The notes beneath the pieces are model-generated. The model had not been told where the DNA came from. It worked only from the letters and a program-made list of their open reading frames with translations, and did not search any database. Of a stretch of 64,000 nucleotides of DNA, positions 51,148-64,000 are shown one piece after another (within the stretch, counting starts at the first letter, position 1; every line of letters begins with the position of its first letter). A program made the translations under genes and the position numbers. Source of the DNA: Lama guanicoe (lineage: Eukaryota); the NCBI GenBank assembly GCA_013239625.1, contig MU054212.1, forward strand, positions 8,976,898-9,040,897, read 5' to 3'.

Positions 51148-53136
51148 GAATTAAAAGAGCAAATGTGCATCTATATGTGGTAAAAAAATTACCCTGAAAT
51201 TGTGCAAATGTTGGAGAAAGTAGACAGAGTCCCCTGTAGACTTCCTGTGTTGGTACCTGAATTTCAGGCTGGGGTAGGAGCCATCTCCTGTCGTACAAAA
51301 TGACAGGTGTGTGACAGTAATTTGACTGGAGCTCTGGATCAAATTTTTAATTTGTTTCAGAGCCGCACATTTATGATCCTAATGAAGACCTACTTTATTC
51401 ATCATCGAGTCCTCTTCCGAAGAGCCATGGAGCCCTGCTCAGCACCTCTCTCCTTGTCAACATGCTTCTGCCTGGGCCGGCCCACGTTAAAGCCTGAAGG
51501 TGGACAGTGGTGGACCCAGCTTTTCCCACATGGCTCACTGGGACCAGGCTGACGTGGCTTCCCAAACATTTTATGCACAGGTTCCATGCCTTTCCCTGCA
51601 CGAGGGAGCGTTTCTTTAGACAGCCCCCTGCCCACCCAGGCTGGGGATAGGATCTCAAATCACTGGCCTTCCTCCCACCTCTTTCTGAGCTCAGTCAAGC
51701 TCCAGGCAGAGTATGTGGGAGAACTCAGGATGGGGCACTTGACACGGTGTCCTCTGGCTCTCCCTGGGGGCTACCCACAGATGGCCTTACAGCTGGAAAA
51801 TTTTTGTTGGGTGCCTTTCCTTGCTGTCCTCCCAACCCCTCTGGGGTCTTATTCCCACTTACCTCCTGTGCTCTCTGTGATCAAATGCTCAGCCTTTGCC
51901 TGTTCCCCATTCCTCAACGCAGGGCTCCCTGTTCTTCCCTGTCCTCCCTACTCCAGCTTGCCCCTTTAGGACTGCCATTTCTCAGGGTTCTCTTTTCTGG
52001 GAGTAATGGGAAGAACTCCTTTACTCTGAGGCCTCACTGGGTTATTTGTGTTTAAAAGATTCTTGAGGAATACAGTGTTTTAGTGAAAGCAATTAATCTC
52101 TAATGGTAGAATTTCAGGTTGCATTGCAAGAACATGCTGGAGATATTTATGAGTCCTGAATTCCTTACAGAGGCCTTTAAATCACTTGGAAACTGCCTAC
52201 ATTTCCTGTGTTTAAAAGTAAAGGTCTTGACCACTAGATAATTGAAAGGAAATGGTAGGTATACATATTTTAAATGTTTATTATATCTATTAAGATAAAG
52301 CATACAGGAAAGACACAAAAGATTAAGTATATGGCTTAAATAATTTTTAGTACTATTTAATTCTTAATTTTCTTTACATGTCCACTTTACATTTATGCTG
52401 CACCTTGTTACCCTGATATTATAGGTGTCGAGCAGAGACTCTGAGAGCTTAAAGCACCTGCCTACTGTCTCAGAGCCAGAAAGCTCTGGGGTTGGAACCC
52501 AAGTCCGTCTGACCCAGAACTTAAGCCGCTGTGTTAACTGTATCCCTCACTTTTTTACTCCCCCCTTCCCCAGCTTGTTCCTCAGAATTTTACTACAGGA
52601 GATAATGAAATGCATTCTAAAATAGCAACAAAATGTAGGGCCTAAAAAAGCTCTTAACATTTTATTCTTGGCTAGAATTCTTGGAATTTTAAAAATGACA
52701 TTTCTTGCCTTGTGTTCTGATATACATAATACTTTGTTTAGTAAGTTTTTCTTGATACATGTGTCTTAAAATACAAATTATTTAGGGAAAAATGCTTTCT
52801 AAGTCCAATTTCATTGTCGATTCATTACAGAACAGGTGCCCAGGGTCGGTGAATAAGCACCAAATATTTTGTGTGGTTGATAATCATGATGAAAGTGACC
52901 GCGTTCTGGTTTGGGGGAATTTTTAGAGTCATGTTTTTATTATAGTTTGATAAACGAAAAAAAGAAATCCACATTTGATGAACAGCCAGGGGTAAATCTA
53001 GAAGAGAATTAAGGGCAGAGGGAAGGCAGCCGGTAGGGCTCCTTGGGGAAGGAGGAGACTGGGGGCTGCAAGGGGTCTTAGCTGAGATCATCTATAGTGT
53101 TTTGAGGTGAAGCAGTTAAAACGGAAGTGTTTGATC

Positions 53137-53365
53137 AGGAGTTCGAGATTTGCAGATACTAACTACTATGTGTAAAATAGATGAACAACAAGTTTCTATT
53201 GTATAGCACAGGGAACTATATCCAATACCTTGTAGTAACCTATAATGAAAAAGAATATGAAAGGGAATATGTGTATGTACATGTATGACTGAAACATATG
53301 TGCTGTATATTGACACAACATTGTAAACTGACTATTCTTCAATTAAAAAGAATTTATGTATAAAA
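53137..53365 (+). mobile_element. L1 3' end
   Basis: ggagttcgagatttgcagatactaactact..gtaaactgactattcttcaattaaaa. Confidence 0.88.
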
Positions 53366-55147
53366 AATAGGGGAATATTTGGACCAATATCATTCACAAC
53401 TAGTTTTTTTTTCTGTTTAAGAAAATTCACTGTATTTGAGAATATTTAGAAAATTTGTTTTTTTAATTTTAAGTAACTTTAGATATGTGAAATAACCACT
53501 TAATGGGCAATGACCCCAGAAAAGCTGAACTACCTTATAATCTCTGGGGTCTTACAGAAGAATAAGTTACCACCATTTTCCATCACTTACTTGTTCCTAC
53601 TACAGAAGTCTTTCATTATAGTTTTTTTAAACAAGCTAAACATACCAACATTTATATTATGAATTTTCTTAGCAAACTACTTTGGTTTCTTTCGTGACTT
53701 CCAAAGAAAAAAGAAAATACTCAAATCGCTTGAAAAACAAGACATGTATAACCTTGTTAGGGCAGCCCAAATTAACCCAATGCATATCTCTTGGCCCTGT
53801 GGTCGTCATCATGAACTGAAATGTGATGGGAATAGGAAAGAGAAAATTAGTTTATAGACGATGTTAAAATATGCAGGCGTGGTCACAGATCTCAGAGTTG
53901 GTGAGCTGGGGTTGTGTGTCGCCGCAGGAAGCCAACACTCAGCAAGTCCTGTCTTGGAGTGGCACCATGGTAAGGAAAGGACCCAGCAGCCGAAAGTCAT
54001 TTCTGCAGAGCTAAATTTGGTTCTTTACGTTCTTCAAAGTCATTGCAAATCCCCCCGTCTCTTCTTTGCATGTCTGTCAGAACTCAAAACTGCCTAGGAT
54101 GGAAAAACCAGAAATCTTACCCTTCCTCCCCAAAGGCAACTATGGTGTCTTCCATCTTTTCTTTCCCGCTTTGCTTTGGTACAGCATGAAGAAGACGTAG
54201 CCAGTCTGGTCATTTGCCTCCCTCCTCCTTTCTTCTCCTCCCCGTGTCCGGGATGGTGCACATCAATGTTCAGAAAGCCACCAGGCAGGAGCCGAGCCCT
54301 CCCCAGGGCAAGGTGCAGATTCTTTATGGTGGGGGTAGGGGTAGGGAGCAGAGCCAGATTACTCACTTTTACCTGCTAACGATTCTATCCCATCTGCATG
54401 TAGCACCTGTTTGTCTTCCTTAGCTTCCTGGCCTCCAAAAAAGACAATGCATGGGGAGAAACCCCTCGCCTGCTCTCACCAGCCCTGTTCCAGCCCAGTG
54501 ATCCTTGTGTTTCTCCAGCTGTTTAACGCGCGTGAGGAGCATGGATGGGAGATGTCACGTGGACAGAATGAATCAGACTGGGTCAGACAGAAATTTGCTC
54601 AGCCCACCCCTGGCCTTGGTGTCAGCTCCCTTTTAGCCCACCCTGCTCTTCAGCTCCTTTCTTTCCTCCCCGTGATTCCTTCTCCCAGATTTGCCCCGTC
54701 AGTGTCTCTTTAGCCCTCCCCAGTCAGCATCCTCATTTGCTTGTGAGTTCCTTCGAGTGAGGCTGGGGGCTGTTGGTGGGGGGTGACTGGCTGCCATCGT
54801 GAACTGAGATTGCTGCTCACTGCCATCAGGAATTATGAGAATTATGAGAGTGCCTGCTGGCATGTTTTTGCTCCACAAATGCTGAGAGCATGAAGACATT
54901 AATCTTAAAGGCATCTCATGAGCCTTTCCAGTGCTGGTGCCCCCTTTCAGAGCTGTAAGATCGAACAGTAGTTTTGCTTGGAGAGTTAAGGAAGCGTCCA
55001 CCCACAAAGCAAGCCTGCCTGGCTTGGGATTATTCACCATTTGTTGTCAGCGTGAGTCAAGAAAAGAAGCCCAAAGAATCTGAGAAGTCAAACAAATTCC
55101 AGAGGTGGCTGTTCCTGCACCTTAACTTTTACAGATTAGTTTTAAAA

Positions 55148-55735
55148 ATTTTTGTAATGAGAACATTTAACATGAGATCAACCCTTTTAACAAAATTTTA
55201 AGTGTACAATTCGGTATCGTTAACTGTAGGCGGAACGTAGTACGGCAGATCTCTAGAACTCATCTTGAGTACGTGAAACTGTACGCCCCCTGATTAATAA
55301 CTCCTCATTTCCCCTCCCCACGGCTCCTGGCAACCAGCATTCTACGGCTGTGTCTATGAATTGGACTATGTTAGAAACCTCACGTAAGTGGCGTCGCACA
55401 GTATTTGTCCTTCTGTGACTGGCTTATTTTGCTTAGCATGATATCCTCCAGACTCATCCATGTTGTTGCCTAGTGCAGAGTTTCCTTCCTGTTTTTAAAG
55501 CCGAATTGAATCATATACCACATCTTCTTCATCTATTCATCCATTGATGGAGACCGGGGTTGTTTGTACAGCTTGGCGATTGTGACTTACGCTGCAGTGA
55601 TCATGGGGCTGCAGGTATCTCTTCAAGATTCTGATCTTAATTCTTTTAGATCAATACCCCCAAGTGGGATTGCTGGATAAAATGGTACATGTGCTATAGA
55701 AAACGGTAGGGAGGTTCCTCGAGGACTTAAAAATA
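55148..55735 (-). mobile_element. L1MA/MB-type 3' end with short 5' inversion
   Basis: Antisense L1 runs to ~55686, then sense-oriented ctatagaaaacggtagggaggttcctc..ttaaaaata (~55694-55735). Confidence 0.8.
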
Positions 55736-57688
55736 CAGGCTGAATACTTGGACTGTAGTTCCCGATTGAGCTCAATTCTAGCCTGGTGTTGCCCTGAGCA
55801 CATCACCACTTTCCGTTAGCTTTTTGTATCAGGTCACATTGCCACGGAGACGTCAGGATCAAGGGATCAGCTGCATGCATCTCTGGGTATAAAAACACCT
55901 TTTGTCTGGCAAAGGTTTTCACCTGCAGGATGATTTGCTCCTCCACCAATGTGAGGTGGATCAGGTAAGAATTAAGGAAAAGAGGCTCGGAGGAGAGTCA
56001 GCTCAGAGGATACTGAAGGGAAGGGAGGGGCTGGGTCTTCAAAACCATCCTGTGACCCCCAGTCAGATTGTCCCCCACTGCACTTGACTGTGGCAGTGAG
56101 TGTGGGCTTCCTCAGTGTCCCCCACACGGGGCCTTTTAAAGAGGCTTTAGGCCCAGGTTTTGCTTTCACAGAGCGTATACCCCTGAGGGGACATGAGTGT
56201 CATATACATGTGTCACCTGCCCACAACCTTGAAGTAGGGTCCAGAGTACAGGCTGTGATTATGGGGCTGGAGCTGGGGGCCAGGGGCTGTCAGGACATAG
56301 AACATCCTGCTTGTTTTTCTTTGCATCTACTATGAATTTATCCTTGAATTCTGACAGAGCTAAAAAAAAATTCTCAGTCTGTTTGGATGCACCAGAAATT
56401 CTGCCAGTTCAATTTTTTTTTCCTTGAGTTTCTTTCCCCTCTGACCTGTCTGTTCTGCCTGCACAGTCCCCACCCTTTGGGTCTTCTGACTTGGGCATAG
56501 TTGGTTTCCTGGCTCTTTGGCGCGGAAGAGGGCATCCCAGCATCTAACTGCTCCTTTTTCAACTCTCAACCAGTCCTCTTTTGTTCAGCTCCAGCCCGCA
56601 CCCACCTTTGTACATCGTGAACTGACTTGCTTCTGCAGAGTCAGAACACATGCCTGCTTCCCTCTGTTTAATCTTCAAACTCTCCAATGTGAGGGCCACT
56701 TTTTATGGAACCAAGGCATAAACCCGCAAGGACAAAGGAAACCGGAGAAGACATGACAGCAGGACAGGAGTGTCAGGAATATTTCTAAAACCAGGCTGCA
56801 TGTGTTCAAGCCACTGGGTTTAGCTGCAAGTCACTTCAGTTTCTTATTGGTTCTCCCGTGTGTGCCTTGAAGCAACTGTTCCAGAACCTTCCACCCTGCA
56901 GCATTTCTGCAGCAATCTTCTCTCCCCGCTTCTGGCATGGAGCCCACCCATGGTGCTAGTTTACTTTCAGCCTTATCAGCCTTGAGCCTAGGAAGAGCCT
57001 GCGGTCAGGGATCGTTTGGATTTGAGAACAAAAATTGTTACGGCGCTATCTTGGGGTGGAGGGTGGAGAATGAGAAGGGGGCGAAGTCTTCCGTGTGTCA
57101 TAGTCAATCGTTTGTTTTGTTTTGATCATATCTACACGACGACAATATACCTATCCCAATTCTGTTGGCGGAAAACTTCTAAATCAAATTTTATTGAGAG
57201 AGATTTGTTTTTCATTTGGACAGGTGCTGGCAATAGTTGCTAAACTTCCATCTTTTTAAAAACCTCTCTAAGGATCACAGGGAAATGTATTTAATAGGGG
57301 AAAGAACCAAGGAATTGAAAACAAACAAACATGCTATGAGTTCTGCGTTGCCCAGGCTCTGAGATGAGTCAGCAGGTGTTGGAGTATGCATTTCAGTGTT
57401 TACTGCACATACTTTGCTTCTGGCTTCAGCTACCATCTGGGGCAAAGATAGAAACAGATGGGGCTGTGGCCTTCAGGAGAGGCACAGACTCAGCCCTTTC
57501 CATCTGCGGTTTGGTTCCCCCCTCCCCTCCCCTGCCCGTCTCTCTCCACGGGGTGTGCTAACAGCTGGAGCCACCTGCCAGACCTCAGTGGCTCCTGGGT
57601 GCTGCGCCCCATTGCAGGAGCCCTGCGTGTGAACACCGCCAAGTCCATGTGCATCCCCCGCCACCCCTGAGGGCCTGTACTTTTCCAG

Positions 57689-57769
57689 TGTTTTCAAGGC
57701 CCCCCGTGGAGTTAATGGGGCTTCTGTTCCTGTTGAACTCCTTTCGTCCGGAGCAGTGAACAGTGACAG
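57689..57769 (+). other. Candidate 81-nt cassette exon
   Basis: Acceptor cctgtacttttccag|, donor CAG|GTGAGT, open in one frame (VFKAPRGVNGASVPVELLSSGAVNSD). Confidence 0.25.
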
Positions 57770-59068
57770 GTGAGTCCAGCTCCCGGGCCCCTGGTGCAGT
57801 TATCATTAACCACGGGCCTCCAACAGATCCTTTAGCTATGCATGCTTTTCCATCTCTGCGTGACCTTTGATGGTCTGTGATACATCAACTTCTGACAGTG
57901 ATCGGAAAGAAGTAGTTTTTCCGACAAATGCGAGGCTGCCCAGAGGGCTGGGCTTCAGGTGCAGATTTTAGCAGCTGCACCAGCTCAGGAGGTCGTAGGT
58001 TGGAAATCCTGATGGTTTTCCTTCTCAAGAGAGAGGTGGAGAAAGAAAAGGTAGTTGATTGTAATGCTTTCGAAGGTATTTTGAAAAGAGACGGTCATTT
58101 CTTGTAAAAACAAATGTGTGTTCTTAGGTCATAGGTAAGGATGGGAAAGGAGGAGAGGGCTGAACCTCCTGAGAGAGGCCTGCTGGAAGCCCGGGGCTTG
58201 GTACACGCCCCGGCTCTTGCTTCCCCGGGGGAAGCAGGGCCTCAAAACTGCCGCCACCCCCCTCCCTGTGTCATGAGGTGACTTGTCATGGCCGTTTAGT
58301 GCTGCTGAATACATCTGAGAAGGAAGACACTGGTGTGTATTCTCCTTAAAGGCGTCTTCTTTTACAAGATTGCGTGTTTCCCTTTTTAGCATCTGCACCT
58401 TTGCTTTTGTGGGATGGAAAAGAGAAGAATTAGATCTGAGAGTGGTGAGATGGAGCATGGAGCTGCAGGCTACATCCAGCTTGTGGGGAAGCCGGAAGTG
58501 AGACCAAGGGTCAGAATGTTTTGGGAGAGAGAGGTTTTAAGGGGACAGCTGGCAAGATGGGCGTGACTTGGGCGAGAGAGACAGGTGAAGGAATCCTTGG
58601 GGATGTTTGCCTGTGTGTTGATGCCTGTTCAAGAGATTTCAGTATGGATTTAAAAAGCCATTGAGGATTCCTTTGATGTTGGACTTACTTCTTTTTTTTT
58701 TTCAAATGAGTACAGCGTCATGCTGGGCACAGCTGTGGCAGTTACTCGTCTTGGCCTGGGTCTCCTCTGATGGGTCCTAGTTCGGACCTCCTGGTGAAAG
58801 TTGTAGCCATTAGCACTGGTGGATTGTCCCCTGGGAAGGGCGTCTTCAAATGAGGTAGAGTGCTCTGTAGTGAGCACAAGCTTCTGTATAGAACATCTGG
58901 TTTGTGCAAGAATTTTGGCTTCAGTTCAAATAGTAAGGGTGTCTGAATCCAGCAGGAAAGAGGCGGAGTATTCAAAAAGAAAAAGGAAGGGGTCCCTTTT
59001 GTAATTTGCTTTCATTGGTAAAGTCGGTAGAGGTGCAACTGACTCCATAGAGTCTGACGGTGTTGCTT

Positions 59069-59212
59069 GATTGGGATGAGAATGAAGGAGACCACAGTGG
59101 CCGTTGCAGCAGGCGGGAAGTGATGTGTCCGCCCCCGGAGTGTTGTTTCTCTAAGTCAGTTCCTGCTCTTTCTTGCTTTCACTAAGCTCTCCAGAGCCTA
59201 GTACAGGTAACT
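59069..59212 (+). promoter_or_regulatory. Candidate internal promoter with a short first exon (or a 12-nt microexon)
   Basis: Reverse CCAAT GATTGG 59069-59074, GGCGGGAAGTG 59112-59122, CCGCCC 59129-59134, Inr TCAGTTC 59156-59162, donor CAG|GTAACT after 59206. Confidence 0.4.
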
Positions 59213-59949
59213 TAGCTCAGCACATCACATCCTGGAAATAGTAAGAGACAGAATTTTCTTTCTGCTTAATCATATGCCAGGTGGTAAGCCAAGATCTAAG
59301 TAGACAAGTTGCAGTCTCATAGTCTTATTGCTGTTTATTTTGTTAATATCTTAACCGTTCTTAGTATTTGGATATGATAGACGGGTAAGTTCTGGAGTCC
59401 CCAAGAAGGAGGAGAATGCTTGAGAATCCTAAAAAAGAAGGAAGAAACGAGAGGAGTGGATGGCCACTTCCACCTCCTCAGATCCACCTCTTCCCACCTA
59501 CTGTGTCAAAGGTGCTCCGTCTGTGAGACAGGATTAAAGCAAAATCATGCATGTGGCGTGAACGATCAAATGACAAAATTCCCTCTGTGGGTGGCTGGAG
59601 GTTCGAAGAAGACTTACAAAGAATGTCCAATATGGCGGGCACAAATGGGAAGAGTGAAAGAATGTCCTCACCCTGCTCTCTTTTTGCATTAGGCTCTTAA
59701 CTGAGAGAACAAAGCCCGTAACCATCAGCTAAAGTTGGGTGAACCTGAACTTGAACTCAGGCTGGTCTCGTCCCAAAGCCTTTCTGTTTACCCACTTTGC
59801 CCTCACAGTTTGACAGCGACTTGGCTCGTGAGTCAATGCTTGCCCAGCATCGGAACCTCAACTATAGAGACTGAAGGCATCTCAGAGGGCTCAGAGAGTA
59901 CCCACTTCCACTTCTCATAGCTTCTTTTTTGGGGTATATATTTTATGCT

Positions 59950-60088
59950 GTTAAATTTTTATGAAGGATAGTTGATTTGCAATGTTTCAGGTGTACAGCA
60001 AAGTGATTTGGTTATACATATATATTCTTTTTCAGATTCTTTTTCATTATGAATTATTTCAAGATACTGACTATAGTTCCCTGTGCTG
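59950..60088 (-). mobile_element. Short L1 3' end
   Basis: tagttgatttgcaatgtttcaggtgtacagcaaagtgatt..tatagttccctgtgct. Confidence 0.8.
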
Positions 60089-62293
60089 CTTCTCACAGCT
60101 TCTAAATTCGCTTTTGTGGACTAGCATGGAAACTCCTTCAACACAGGCATCATTGCTTTCACAGGGAAGTTTCTTTCTTTTTAATTTCAAGTAACTAACT
60201 TACCAATAAGTTCTTGGAACGTAGCTAGTTCGCCTCGCAGACTTGGGGTTCTGCCTGTCTGTTGTGTAAGAAACAGCAGGATTCCAGCAAAGGAAAGGAG
60301 GATGTGGTGGAAAGAGTGCTGCCCTGGGAGCTGGAAGACCGCGGCCTTAGTCATGGATCTGTCACAAATTACGGGGAACCTGAGCCAGTCCCTTCTAAGC
60401 CTGAGCTTTTCAATGTTTTTTTTCCAGTAAAATCAAGATGGCCTGAGGATCTAAGAACTTATGTGCAAAAGTGAAAGAAGTTGTGGTCGTTTTTAGATGA
60501 TTTTAGGTAAACCTGTTCTCATGAAAGTTGCTTTATCATTTTTGTTTCCAGTAGAAGGTGTTAGGCTGCCTTAACTGTTCCTGTACCCTGGCCCACGTGC
60601 CCAGTGGGGTTGCTCACCGGTCAGATGCTATAGAAAAAGGGGATGGACCTCCTGGTGGCTTTGGTGGAGCTGTTTGGGTGCAAGCAGGTAGATTTCCTTC
60701 CAGCTGCCTTCTTTCAGGTCTCTGATCTTTGCTGTGTTAGAGGGCCAAAAGTAATTTATACCAGATTATGTCAGATGATCTGTTGCTGACCCTACAAGCT
60801 TCCCAGCAGTTTAAAGACAGCAACAGATAGTAATCTGTCCATTGTACAATAATCCATTGCAACTCTGATTTGTGTGATTTCTGGGTTTTTTTTAAAAGAC
60901 TGACAGCTTTGTTAATGGGATTTTTTTTTTAAATCTCCAGAGGTTGACTAGTTTTTATCTCCAGAGTTAAACCGTTCCAGTAAAATCCAAATTAGTTGGG
61001 TGTCTGTCTTCAGTTTCCATTATCTCTGTACCGTCAGAATTAAATACCTAAGAATGCCTTTCTGATAGCTTGCAGTCTGTGACAAACATTTAGCCCAAGT
61101 GCCACTCTGTCTGCAGAAAATATAAATGTTCTCAGTGCTTTCTTGGTGTGTTTAGGCTTAAGAGACACTGGAAGTTGGGTAAATGAAAATCCAGTAATTT
61201 CTTAAAAGTGCTTCATGGGTAGATAGCCTAACAATATAATTATGGTCTTTAAAAGAATTGGTTTTTTTACTTATTTAGGTTAACTGTTAAGATATTCAGA
61301 GACACAAAATTCACTCAGAAAAACGGGTTCTTAAGCTAAAAGGAAATCCATAATATTGATGGAAATGTTCTCAGTGATAGAGCAGGTAGTGTTTGCAGTA
61401 AGATTAGGAGAAAGCAACGCTCTTTAATTGTGTTTAATCAGAAGAGCCTTCTGTTTTCAATAGCTGACATTCGACTGGGCCCGTATCTGTGGCCAGGTTG
61501 ATAATTCTCTTGGGAAACATGCCACACTACTTGAGTTTTCAGGTGATTGTGGTGATATTGACGTGTGGAAGAAATGAACTGCGTGCCTGTCTGATAAAAG
61601 ATATCTGGGGAAAGGATTAGGAAAGGACAAGCCAGTTACAGAGCAATAAACATTCCTTTCATTAATAACGTTCGAATGGTTCCTAAGGACATTTTGCTGC
61701 CCTGAAAGCTCTTCCAGGAAAGGCTCTGAATGGTAGCAGCAGGTTTACTGCTGTTTGAGATGTGCAGCCAGGCTGACCTCTGGGCACTTGCCGGGGCTCA
61801 GCACGTGCTGGGCTGTGTGACGCTATGGTGCAGCCTGGGCCCCCGCACCCAGGAGGCTCGGACCAGAGCGGGACTGGCTCCTGCTGAGTGAGTCAGGCCC
61901 CCGCTAGGGAAACTTGGGTCGAACAGATAAAAATTCCATCAACTCACAATGAAGGGACATTGCGTTTCTTTTCCTTTGGAGACTGCCAGTGTGATAACTT
62001 GCAGAAGTGGAAGGGATCTGTGTGCAAGTGGAGAAAGAGAATTTCCAGAGATGCAGAGTCAGGGAGGGAGATGTGGATGGGTCCCTCTGGGGTGGGAGGT
62101 GGGGGAAGGAGGACTGGGATGAGTCATAGAGGGGGAGGGAGACCCCAGGGAGCAGGTGGTGGTGGTTTGGCTTCAATGGAGACAGGAACAAAGACCCATC
62201 TCTGAGCCCTCTACTTTGTTTCTCTTCTCCTGCCTCCTGTTTTTGGTACCACAGGCCCTGAACATATACAGGATAGCTGCCCTTCAGCATCTG

Positions 62294-62362
62294 TCTCTCT
62301 CTCTCTCATACACACACACACACACACACATACACACATACACACACATGCACACACACACA
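62294..62362. repeat. Compound (TC)n(CA)n microsatellite
   Basis: Read directly from the sequence. Confidence 0.95.
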
Positions 62363-64000
62363 GGAAAACTACCATGGAGTGTTTAAAACTTTTAAAATAA
62401 AAGTAAAGTAGAAATATATAATAAAAGTGGTGTGACACTTTCAGGTAAAAAATAGACAGATGTGGATGTCAGAACGTGAGAGGACCTCATGCAATTATAT
62501 TGGTGGCCACCTTCCTGTTATTATGGGTCCAAGGATAACCAGAGGCCTAGGCCGACAGGGGGCGAGACTGTGGCCTGAGCTTGCTTCTGCAGAGCCCTGG
62601 GGTGGGACCCAAGGGTTAGCACTGGCAGAGTGGTGCCACCTTCCAGCTCTCGTAGAGGTCCTTCTAGGTCATTGCCCCATTCCTGACACCGTCACCCAGG
62701 CGTGCAGGGGGAGAAGGCTCAGCTGATGTCCTCCTAATGTTTCTAGATTCATCAAACCTCTGTTGGAGATTGACCACCCACATGTTGATTTAGACCCAGG
62801 ATCCCAAGTAGGTTTTATTTTAAGGGCAGCACCTATTGGCTGATACTGGATTGCCAAGATGCTGTGTTAAGAATGATTCTGAAGTTGTGTCTGGGTTTGG
62901 TAGGCTCACTTAAGTAGTACTTACCATGAGGATAGTGGGGGAGAGAGGTCGTTTTTCCCTTTCTCTAATCTGAATAATCCTTCTCTATCACATTAAACTT
63001 AGATTTTCCTCCCCTCTCCTCCACGCACTGGTACATTTCACCTGCTCAGACGGAGATTGGATCTGACCTCAATTCGAAAGCATGAAATTAGAGCAGAACT
63101 TCAAAGTGGATAGTACTTGTCTGGTGCTTGTATACAGTCTGGCCCTCTCACCCTGTCTTATGCCCACTGCCCCCACCTCTCCTCGCCCCCCCAGTACATA
63201 GACATCTCACCTAATGCTGGCATTGCTGAAGAAACCACTCCCCCCCGGGAGAAGAACTCCCTCCAGGGAGAGGGGGACCCCCAGGCCAGCCGCAGGGGCA
63301 GGTCCCTGTCGATGGCTCAATTTGCCCCGAAACGCCAATGAGCCCTTGTCTGGGTGTGGCTCCCTGGGCTGCTTTTCCCAGATCAGCTCCATAAAGAAGG
63401 TGCGGAAAATACTGCCTTCAGGGGAAGGGACCCTCGGAAGATAAGAGACCCCTTTCCCAACCTGTCTTGGGTGCTTCCCGCCTTCACCTTTGTTTTACAA
63501 GATAAAAGTGTCCTCCTTGGTTTTTTTTTTTTTTTTGCTCCTCCAGTGATCTCCTGATTCTAACGGGCTTCTAACATGCCACAGAATGATTCTTCCTCTG
63601 GGGTGGATGGGAAGTCTTTGTGGGAAGACTCTCATCAACGTTTTGCTAGTTATGCCCTTTCCCATGTGCTCTGTGTTCCTGAGAGCGAACCGCCCTTGCA
63701 GGTGAAGAGGGAGAGCCCCGCTCTGTCCCCGCCACCACCCCAGAGCCCTCCAGCTGGGGGTGCCCTCTCCCTTCCAGCGCCGAGGCACGAGGTGGTCCAG
63801 CCCGACCCCCACATGGCAGCTGGGAGGGAGCAAGGGGCCAAGGGCAGAGAAAACCCCATCCCTCCTCACAGGATTCAGAGCACATGTAAAAAGCCCTTGT
63901 CACACTGTCCCGCAGCCTAGGAGTGCTCCGTGCTGCATGAACAGCCTTCCTGCTCCACTTGGCTAACCCAAACTGCTTAGAGCACGATTCAGGGGCTCTC

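Noticed and set aside
60778..60828. Hairpin atctgttgctg ... cagcaacagat (possible pre-miRNA)
   Set aside because: Only 11 bp of perfect stem with poor inner pairing, and it matches no miRNA I recognise.
63576..63920. 114-aa ORF containing VKRESPALSPPPP (SUMO-like motif)
   Set aside because: The Pro/Ser richness follows from local C-rich sequence. I recognise no protein and see no clear donor. A BLASTP would settle it.

Overview
Mammalian genomic DNA, most likely camelid (camel, alpaca or llama). The evidence is two tRNA-Ala-derived Vic-1-like SINEs and many cetartiodactyl-type L1 3' ends. I can recognise no protein-coding gene, rRNA, functional tRNA or CRISPR array; the ORF track is mostly chance ORFs, microsatellite translations and one L1 ORF2 C-terminal remnant. 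The window looks like a large intron or regulatory region, probably of a + strand gene: most L1 pieces are on the - strand and the best splice-site pairs I noticed are on +. It is filled with MIR, L2, old L1, MER21, MLT1, MER20, MER5 and Charlie relics, plus two solo ERV1-type LTRs with intact TSDs. The standout feature is a 240-bp inverted repeat unlike any transposon I recognise (35871-36110 / 37073-37312; 6 mismatches, 174-bp perfect core). It brackets a 962-bp spacer that has a + strand splice acceptor and donor just inside the arms. This suggests a gene-converted or invertible segment, a long dsRNA stem, or a circRNA cassette. Secondary leads are a CCAAT/ETS/GC-box/Inr promoter-like element with a donor at ~59.1-59.2 kb, several candidate exons, an AT-rich palindrome and a twin-primed L1. 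Repeat family names come from my recollection of consensus sequences and were not checked by a search; boundaries of old repeats are approximate.
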